Made by a program: the position numbers and the translations under genes | Notes under the pieces: model-generated | The model's database searches: none | Told to the model about the DNA's origin: nothing | Seen by the model: only the letters and a program-made list of their open reading frames with translations | Shown: positions 41,645 to 47,883 of the stretch, in pieces | How positions within the stretch are numbered: the stretch's first letter is position 1 | How the letters are laid out: each line of letters begins with the position of its first letter | Origin: Nanobdellota archaeon | GTDB taxonomy: Archaea > Nanobdellota > Nanobdellia > Woesearchaeales > JBHPGL01 | Assembly (NCBI GenBank): GCA_042570655.1 | Contig: JBHPGL010000002.1 | Span: 1-47,883 of the forward strand | Reading direction: 5' to 3' | Length of the DNA stretch: 47,883 bases

Positions 41645-41769
41645 ATTAAACACTATTGCCTGTATTGCATAATCAACGTGCTTCGCAGAATAAACTATTC
41701 GACCTGACGAAAGGTTATTCAACCTTGAGTCAGTTGAGAGGTAGTTAATGCTTGGTAATAGTGTTTAAT
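41645..41769 (+). ncRNA. Unknown structured RNA motif, copy 2
   Basis: 16-bp closing stem ATTAAACACTATTGCC / GGTAATAGTGTTTAAT. Shares TTGCATAAT, AGAAT, TCGACCTGA, AGTTGAGA and GTAGTTAATGC with copy 1. TTTATATATAAA lies ~30 nt upstream. Confidence 0.7.
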
Positions 41770-41843
41770 TTATAATTATTAGAATTTTAAAATTCCCCTA
41801 AAAAAACCGCAACATTTTTATACGAATAATCTATCTTCTATTC

Positions 41844-42121
41844 TAGGAAGGCTAGACTGGTGCGTTAGTCCTGCGCTGTTACCTCAAACGGGCTATATGG
41901 AGGAGTCGAAGCTTGAGAAGCGGTACTTGTCTTGATTATTGGTCTTGGTCTGGACAATGATTATCTGTCCTTTGGGATCGATGTTTTAGAAAATCACGTC
42001 AGATCTGGAAGGAAGCAGCGTTAATCTTTAATATTGGTGCTCTTAGGGTAGCGGATTTGAGGAAAGATCAGGGTTAAACCAGTAGTTAAGGTTTGTACTC
42101 ATTTTCAGGTGTGCCTTCCTA
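41844..42121 (+). ncRNA. ffs: Archaeal signal recognition particle (7S) RNA
   Basis: Terminal helix TAGGAAGGC / GCCTTCCTA; Alu-like 5' domain (GGCTAGACTGG...CTGTTACCTCAAAC); helix 8 motif TCAGATCTGGAAGGAAGCAGC; 278 nt long; TTTATA box ~25 nt upstream. Confidence 0.9.
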
Positions 42122-42157
42122 CTTTTAATATTACGTTTTAAACCAAGTATAGTTTAT

Positions 42158-42290
42158 TTACAACACCAATTACCCGAGCAAGATTATGCAAAATAGTGCT
42201 CATTCAGTTTTAAAAAAAGAGCTCACTTTGCCTTAAAAACAGCTGCTCACTCAGCTTTGCACAGCCTTTCTCGGAACATTATAGTTATAA
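42158..42290 (-). ncRNA. Candidate structured element with three internal repeats
   Basis: Minus-strand nested stems UUAUAAC/GUUGUAA, CCGAG/CUCGG and AAGGCUGUGCAAA/UUUGCAUAAUCUU (G-U pairs) enclose CUGAGUGAGCA, CAAAGUGAGCU and CUGAAUGAGCA. Confidence 0.45.
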
Positions 42291-42325
42291 TATAATACAA
42301 TAAAATTAAAAAAAAGAGAGATACC

Positions 42326-43270
42326 ATGGCAGAACCATCACAAGAAGAAATTCTTGCACAACAAAAAGAACAATGTCCTTTTTGTAAAATTGTTAAAGGT
42401 GAAATTCCTTCTAATAAAGTTTATGAAGACGATTTATTAATTGCTATCGCAGACATCTACCCTTCCCGGCCAGGCCATATTCTATTATTACCAAAAGAAC
42501 ATTATCCGATTATGCCGTTAATACCTCAAGATACATTTATTGAACTTTTTAAGAAAGCAAAGATGTTAAGTAAATCAATGTCAGAAGGTCTTCTTGCATT
42601 TGGTTCAACAATATTCATTGCAAATGGCGGTCCAGCAGGCCAGCAAAGTACACATTTTATGATCCATATAGTTCCAAGGGACGAAGGTGACGGTCTTAAT
42701 AACTTTAATATTCCAGATAATCCTGTTACAAAAGAAGAAATGGAAAAAGTTTATCCTTCATTATCAAATAACCTTAAAATAATGATGCAAAACCATCAGG
42801 CAAGAATGGGTGGTGGAGCAGCAGCACAACCAGCTGAAGGCCAAATGCCTCAAACAATAACAAAAGATCAGATATTAAAAATCATTGAAGCTAATCCACA
42901 GTTAAAACAATTCATCCTTGAAAAACCTGAAGAATTTAAAAAAGCAATTCCTTCTACACCGCAGCTGCAGCAACTGTTTAAAGATGTTGATGTAAATGAA
43001 ATCATTGCATTAGTTAGAGGAGAAAAATACGAGAAAAAAGAAGAGACAAAAGAAGAAGCTAAAGAAGAAGAAAAGGAAGAAAAATCAGAAGATCAAGACG
43101 AAAAAGAATCAGATGAAGAAGCAGTAAAAAATGAATTATCAGGTGAATCAGACGAAGACAAAGACGAAGAAGAAAGTGAAGAAGAAAAAACTGAACAAGA
43201 AAACGAATCAGATGAAACTGAAGAAGATGAAAATGTAAATATGGACGATATTGCAAACTTATTCAAATAA
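42326..43270 (+). CDS. HIT-family protein with degenerate triad, helical STI1-like segment and acidic tail
   Basis: CPFCKIVKGEIPSNKVYED, PGHILLLPKEH, and ANGGPAGQ then HFMIHIVPR. Long E/D-rich C-terminus. Confidence 0.85.
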   Translation: MAEPSQEEILAQQKEQCPFCKIVKGEIPSNKVYEDDLLIAIADIYPSRPGHILLLPKEHYPIMPLIPQDTFIELFKKAKMLSKSMSEGLLAFGSTIFIANGGPAGQQSTHFMIHIVPRDEGDGLNNFNIPDNPVTKEEMEKVYPSLSNNLKIMMQNHQARMGGGAAAQPAEGQMPQTITKDQILKIIEANPQLKQFILEKPEEFKKAIPSTPQLQQLFKDVDVNEIIALVRGEKYEKKEETKEEAKEEEKEEKSEDQDEKESDEEAVKNELSGESDEDKDEEESEEEKTEQENESDETEEDENVNMDDIANLFK

Positions 43271-43282
43271 AAAATTAATAAA

Positions 43283-43795
43283 ATGACAGAATGCGAAATA
43301 TGTAAACAAATAGAGAATAAAGAAAACATCTTATACGAAGATGAAACAACTGTAGCAATACTTTCAAACAAATCAATGCCAGGACATATAGAAGTTGTTA
43401 CAAAAAAACATATAATTAGTATTGATGAACTTGAAGATGACGATGTTGTTAATCTATTTTATCTTGCATCTTATGCTGCAACAGCTGTCTTTGAATTCTT
43501 GCAGGCGCATGGAACAAATATTGTTTCAAACCAAGGTAGATTTACTGGTAACCATTTTACAATTGACGTATTTCCAAGATTTCAAGAAGACGGATTCAAC
43601 TTTATGTGGGAACCGCAAAAGTTGGAAGAAAACTTAATTAAAGAACCTATTGCAAAAATTATTGATAAATTACCTATTGCAGGTGCAGCAACTGAATCAG
43701 CTCCAAAAGAAGCAGTTGAACAAAAAACAGATGTAATTAAAGAAAAATCTGATAAAGTTAATTATTTATTAAAACAATTAAGGCGAATTCCATGA
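43283..43795 (+). CDS. Second degenerate HIT-family protein
   Basis: CEIC...ILYEDE...PGHIEVVTKKH; the triad region reads HFTIDVFPR. Confidence 0.8.
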   Translation: MTECEICKQIENKENILYEDETTVAILSNKSMPGHIEVVTKKHIISIDELEDDDVVNLFYLASYAATAVFEFLQAHGTNIVSNQGRFTGNHFTIDVFPRFQEDGFNFMWEPQKLEENLIKEPIAKIIDKLPIAGAATESAPKEAVEQKTDVIKEKSDKVNYLLKQLRRIP

Positions 43796-44274
43796 AAATA
43801 AAATTATCATATAAAAAAGGATTTAGTTTTGGTTTAACTTCAGGAATAATTACAACTCTAGGCCTTATAGTGGGATTAAATTTTTCAACACATTCAAAAT
43901 TAGTTGTACTTGGGGGAATTTTAACAATTGCAATAGCAGATGCATTATCAGATTCATTAGGAATGCACATTTCTGAGGAAGCGAGTAAAAAATCTCAAAA
44001 ATCAATTTGGGAATCAACAATTTCAACATTTTTAGCTAAATTTTTATTTGCATTAACATTTATCATTCCCGTTATATTGTTAAATCTTACAACTGCAGTA
44101 ATAATAAGTATAATTTGGGGTTTGTTAGCAATATCTACTTTAAGTTATTTTATTGCAAGAGAAAAACAGACAAATCCGATAAAAGTAATTGGAGAACACC
44201 TTCTCATTACAATTATTGTAATTGCAGCAACCTATTTGGTAGGTATTTTTGTTTCTACTTATTTTGTTGTTTAA
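43792..44274 (+). CDS. VIT1/CCC1-family membrane protein (putative Fe/Mn transporter)
   Basis: FGLTSGIITTLGLIVG and AIADALSDSLGMHISEE motifs, ~5 TM helices, ATGA overlap with the upstream gene. Confidence 0.82.
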   Translation: MKIKLSYKKGFSFGLTSGIITTLGLIVGLNFSTHSKLVVLGGILTIAIADALSDSLGMHISEEASKKSQKSIWESTISTFLAKFLFALTFIIPVILLNLTTAVIISIIWGLLAISTLSYFIAREKQTNPIKVIGEHLLITIIVIAATYLVGIFVSTYFVV

Positions 44275-44344
44275 AATAATTAATACTAATACAATTATTC
44301 TAGAAAACAAAAGATTTAAATATTAAAAGCGCGTATGCCTATGT

Positions 44345-44407
44345 ATGACCACACATAAAATATTAAACATTATGATTCTGTTAGTCTTAGTGGTTTTATT
44401 ATTATAA
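44345..44407 (+). CDS. Possible leaderless 20-aa hydrophobic peptide
   Basis: MTTHKILNIMILLVLVVLLL*. AAAAGA-TTTAAATA box at 44309-44322 upstream and a hairpin directly downstream. Confidence 0.2.
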   Translation: MTTHKILNIMILLVLVVLLL

Positions 44408-44410
44408 TAA

Positions 44411-44459
44411 AATTCTCGTGCTCAAAATTCTGCAAAAGCAAATGAAGGGCATGAGAGTT
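44411..44459 (+). other. Stem-loop (13-bp stem with G-U pairs)
   Basis: AATTCTCGTGCTC / GGGCATGAGAGTT with inner TTC/GAA and TGC-AAAA-GCA. Confidence 0.45.
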
Positions 44460-44501
44460 CTATATAAATATTTAATAACAGACAGAATCAGGAGAGGAAA
44501 A

Positions 44502-44768
44502 ATGAGCGCAACAATAGATGAAATATGTACACCAAAATTTATTTGTAGTGAAAAGATAAAACAAAATAAAGCCATAGCAATACCAACTGGAGCAAAAAGT
44601 TACAGATTAAAATCAGGTGAAGTTAGATTTTTTACAAGTGGTTTTAATGAAATTCCAGAATATGCAAAAATAATTGTTTTACCTGATTATGAAGAAAATA
44701 TGAGAAATATAGAATATGGAAGACAAATATTAACTGATGGAATGAGAGATATTGATGATTATGAATAA
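44502..44768 (+). CDS. Hypothetical protein (88 aa)
   Basis: The ATG at 44502 is preceded by GGAGAGG; the longer GTG start runs through the hairpin. No recognisable motif. Confidence 0.55.
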   Translation: MSATIDEICTPKFICSEKIKQNKAIAIPTGAKSYRLKSGEVRFFTSGFNEIPEYAKIIVLPDYEENMRNIEYGRQILTDGMRDIDDYE

Positions 44769-44857
44769 GAGAGATTTTGAAAGTTGCTAAATAAGAATAA
44801 TAACTTTTATAAATAAAACCTTTTTAGCAATCACTATAAGTAGTAAGGATAACAAAA

Positions 44858-47497
44858 ATGTTAAAATATAACGAAATCGAAAAGAAATGGCAGAAGAAAT
44901 GGGAAGAATCTAATATATTTAAATCTAAACTTGATTCAAAGAAAAAAAAGTTTTATGTAATGGAAATGTTCCCATATCCGTCTGGTTCAGGATTACATAT
45001 GGGTCATGCTAGAAATTATGTTATGGGAGATGTTTATGCAAGATTTAAAAGAATGCAAGGTTTAAACGTTCTTTACCCAATGGGTTATGATTCTTTAGGA
45101 TTACCTGCAGAAAATGCAGCAATAAAAGCGGGTGTACATCCAAAAAAATATACAGACGATTCAATTAAAAATTTCATCAAACAACAAAAAGAATTAGGTT
45201 TAAGTTATGATTGGGAAAGAATGATAAAATCTCATGATCCCTCTTTCTATAAATGGGACCAATGGATTTTCTTAAAAATGTTTGAAAAAGGTATTGCGTT
45301 TAGAAAAAAAGCACCTGTAAATTGGTGTCCAGAATGTAATACAGTTCTTGCAAATGAACAAGTTCATAGCGGAAAATGTTGGCGTCATAAAGATACAGAT
45401 GTATCAATTAAACATCTTGAACAATGGTTCTTAAAAATCACAGATTATGCAGATGAACTTAATGAAAAGATAGATGATCTTACTGGTTGGGCAGATGATG
45501 TAAAAGCAATGCAAAGACATTGGATAGGAAAAAGTCATGGTACAGAAATTATTTTTAAAATCAATAAAGAGGATTGGCCAGTATTTACAACCCGTCCAGA
45601 TACTTTATTTGGAGTTACTTTTATGGTTATATCAGCTCAACATCCAAAATTAATGGATTTAGTTACAAAAAAACAAAAACCAGAAGTAGAAAAATTCCTA
45701 AAAAAAATCAAATCAACTTCAGAAAAAGATATGGAAGATCTTGAAAAAGAAGGTGCATTTACAGGTGCATTTGCAATAAATCCTATGACAGGAGATAAAA
45801 TCCCTGTTTATACGGGAAATTTTGTCCTTGCAGAATATGGTTCAGGTATGGTAATGGCCGTCCCGGCCCATGACCAAAGAGATTTTGAATTTGCAAAAAA
45901 ATATGAAATTCCAATTAAAATTGTAATTCAACCAACATCTTATGAACTTAATCCAGATAAAATGGCAAGAGCTTATACTTCAGATGGAAATTTAATCAAT
46001 TCAGAAGAGTTTGATGGATCAAATAATCGTGATGCAATTGAAGAAATTACAAAAGCATTGAAAAAGAAAAAGTTAGGTAAAAAAACAATTCAATTCAAAT
46101 TAAGAGATTGGTTAGTTTCAAGACAACGTTATTGGGGAACACCAATTCCTGTAATCTACTGCGATAAATGCGGAATTCAACCAGTTCCTGAAAAAGAACT
46201 TCCAATAGAACTACCTGAAGATGTTAAATTCGGAGATGGTAATCCTCTAAAAACAAATAAAGATTTTGTAAATGCAGAATGTCCAAAATGTAAAGGTAAA
46301 GCAAAACGTGAAACAGATACAATGGATACATTTGTAAATTCATCATGGTACTTTTTAAGATATTGCGATCCAAAAAATAATGATGCGATCTTTGATAAGA
46401 AAAAAGTAAAATATTGGATGCCGATTGACATATACATTGGCGGAAAAGAACATGCATGCATGCATTTAATCTACTTTAGATTTTATACAAAATTCTTGCG
46501 TGACATTGGCATGTTAGATTTTGACGAACCAACTACATACCAATTTAATCAAGGTATGTTGCACGGTCCAGATGGTGCAGTTATGTCAAAGTCAAGAGGG
46601 AATATTGTTCTCCCAGAAAAAATATCAAAACAATATGGTATTGATACTGCAAGATTATTTTTAATGTTTGTAGCTTCGCCTGAAAAAGATATGGAATGGT
46701 CTGATAAAGGTGTTCAAGGAACAGCTAAATTCATGAATAAAGTAATTGCAATGTTTGAAAAGAAAATAACTACAAAATCTTCAAAATTACTTGATACAAA
46801 AATTAATAAAACAATTAAACAAGTTAAAGATAAGATAGACAACATGCAATATAATCTTGCAATAATTGATCTAATGGAATTCATCAAATTCTTAGAAACA
46901 CAAGAAACTTTAACAAAAGATTGTTTAGAAAAATTATTATTAATATTGAGTCCGTTCTGTCCGCATGTTTGTGAAGAACTATGGGAAAAATTAGGAAATA
47001 AAGAATTCATATCACAGCAAAAATGGCCAAAGTTTGACGAATCTAAGATAGACGAGAAATCCGAAGCAATGGAAGATATTGCTTACGACATTTCAGCTAA
47101 CATTAACGACATTATGGGGATCTTGAAAAAAGATAAATTAAAACAAATTACTTTAATAGTTACAGATCCATGGAAAATAAAAATGATGGAAATTGTTAAG
47201 AAACAAATTAAAAAATCGTTTAATGTTGGCGATGTAATGAAAGCTGTTATGAAAGATGACAAACTTAAAAAACATGGCAAAGACATTCAGAAAATTATCC
47301 CTCGGCTTCTGAAAAAGCAAGCTATGATTCCAAAAGTAATATTATCCCAATCTGAAGAGATTAAAGCACTTGAAAACAAAAAAGATTTCTTAAAAGAACA
47401 GTTTGATTGCAAAATCATTATCGAAAAAGAAAAAGATAGTACGGAACAAAAAGCCTCACAAGCAATGCCAGGAAAACCTGCGATAATAGTTGAATAA
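44858..47497 (+). CDS. leuS: Leucyl-tRNA synthetase (bacterial-type core, archaeal-type C-terminal domain)
   Basis: MFPYPSGSGLHMGH (HIGH), GLPAENAAI, FTTRPDT and VPAHDQRD editing motifs, RQRYWGTPIP, VMSKS; ends AMPGKPAIIVE. Confidence 0.97.
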   Translation: MLKYNEIEKKWQKKWEESNIFKSKLDSKKKKFYVMEMFPYPSGSGLHMGHARNYVMGDVYARFKRMQGLNVLYPMGYDSLGLPAENAAIKAGVHPKKYTDDSIKNFIKQQKELGLSYDWERMIKSHDPSFYKWDQWIFLKMFEKGIAFRKKAPVNWCPECNTVLANEQVHSGKCWRHKDTDVSIKHLEQWFLKITDYADELNEKIDDLTGWADDVKAMQRHWIGKSHGTEIIFKINKEDWPVFTTRPDTLFGVTFMVISAQHPKLMDLVTKKQKPEVEKFLKKIKSTSEKDMEDLEKEGAFTGAFAINPMTGDKIPVYTGNFVLAEYGSGMVMAVPAHDQRDFEFAKKYEIPIKIVIQPTSYELNPDKMARAYTSDGNLINSEEFDGSNNRDAIEEITKALKKKKLGKKTIQFKLRDWLVSRQRYWGTPIPVIYCDKCGIQPVPEKELPIELPEDVKFGDGNPLKTNKDFVNAECPKCKGKAKRETDTMDTFVNSSWYFLRYCDPKNNDAIFDKKKVKYWMPIDIYIGGKEHACMHLIYFRFYTKFLRDIGMLDFDEPTTYQFNQGMLHGPDGAVMSKSRGNIVLPEKISKQYGIDTARLFLMFVASPEKDMEWSDKGVQGTAKFMNKVIAMFEKKITTKSSKLLDTKINKTIKQVKDKIDNMQYNLAIIDLMEFIKFLETQETLTKDCLEKLLLILSPFCPHVCEELWEKLGNKEFISQQKWPKFDESKIDEKSEAMEDIAYDISANINDIMGILKKDKLKQITLIVTDPWKIKMMEIVKKQIKKSFNVGDVMKAVMKDDKLKKHGKDIQKIIPRLLKKQAMIPKVILSQSEEIKALENKKDFLKEQFDCKIIIEKEKDSTEQKASQAMPGKPAIIVE

Positions 47498-47550
47498 ATA
47501 TATTCTCAAATAAACAAATCAATATAAACTCAATAAATAATCATATTCTC

Positions 47551-47835
47551 ATGGAAGAAAATCTTGAAACAACTGTTGAACAGACAACAGATTATAAACT
47601 ACCACTCATGTGTAGACTTCATAAAAAAGGTTTATTTTATAAGATTTGTAGAGAACTTCTATTCACTTGTTATGTAATTCAAGATATTTACCATGATTTC
47701 ATCCCTAGAAAACCTAAGGAAAAAAAATTCAACCCAAACAAATCTCTCTATAGACATGCTCAAATGTCAGATGTTCCTCCTGACAGTCCTTTAGCAAGAG
47801 GAGATCCAATGCAAGGTAAAAATCCTTACGAATAA
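47551..47835 (+). CDS. Hypothetical protein (94 aa)
   Basis: ATG-started ORF in an AT-rich gap; no recognisable motif. Confidence 0.5.
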   Translation: MEENLETTVEQTTDYKLPLMCRLHKKGLFYKICRELLFTCYVIQDIYHDFIPRKPKEKKFNPNKSLYRHAQMSDVPPDSPLARGDPMQGKNPYE

Positions 47836-47883
47836 ATCAAATATCTATAACAATTTCTAAAATAATAATAATATAATAATAAA

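Noticed and set aside
40784-41735. Hammerhead ribozyme, suggested by CTGAGGA / CTGACGA (CUGANGA) followed by a hairpin in both RNA copies
   Set aside because: The required GAAA after stem II is absent (GAAG and GAGT instead), and I could not build stems I/III with a UH site. A variant cannot be fully excluded without an assay.
40725-41769. 5S rRNA, tRNA or twister ribozyme identity for the ~125-nt repeats
   Set aside because: No 5S CCGAAC loop, no cloverleaf or T-loop, and no twister P4 loop consensus.
40725-41769. Composite transposon carrying traB
   Set aside because: No transposase and no evident target-site duplication. The copies have diverged with structure-preserving changes, and traB next to an M50-like gene looks like a native arrangement.
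42197-42254. Mini CRISPR array
   Set aside because: The repeats are only ~11 nt with ~12-nt spacers, and there are no cas genes.
41035-47286. Short overlapping ORFs within traB, the HIT genes, the VIT1 gene and leuS
   Set aside because: They are antisense or off-frame shadows of well-supported genes.

Overview
Very AT-rich archaeal chromosomal segment. aMBF1, an archaeal-type SRP RNA, TATA boxes, a TraB/M50 gene pair and the style of the surface proteins suggest a DPANN/Woesearchaeota-like organism (inference). About 37.7 kb (1852-39515, + strand) is one co-oriented cluster. It begins with an unannotated 48-aa ribbon-helix-helix regulator, followed by two paralogous membrane-anchored giant glycoproteins (~3994 and 5268 aa), a structured intergenic RNA, a mosaic GNVGIG-repeat fibre protein (~1440 aa) and a secreted beta-helix/LamG/DNRLRE protein (1733 aa). 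This is a candidate modular host-attachment apparatus with signs of module shuffling. The right end holds an M50-like pseudo-protease, traB, the SRP RNA, two degenerate HIT proteins, a VIT1/CCC1 protein and a hybrid bacterial-core/archaeal-tail leuS. At least five intergenic elements fold into long closing stems that I cannot assign to a known RNA family; two of them are covarying copies of one ~125-nt motif flanking traB. No CRISPR array, tRNA, rRNA, transposase or reverse transcriptase was seen. All domain and RNA calls are by-eye motif recognition; no searches were run.
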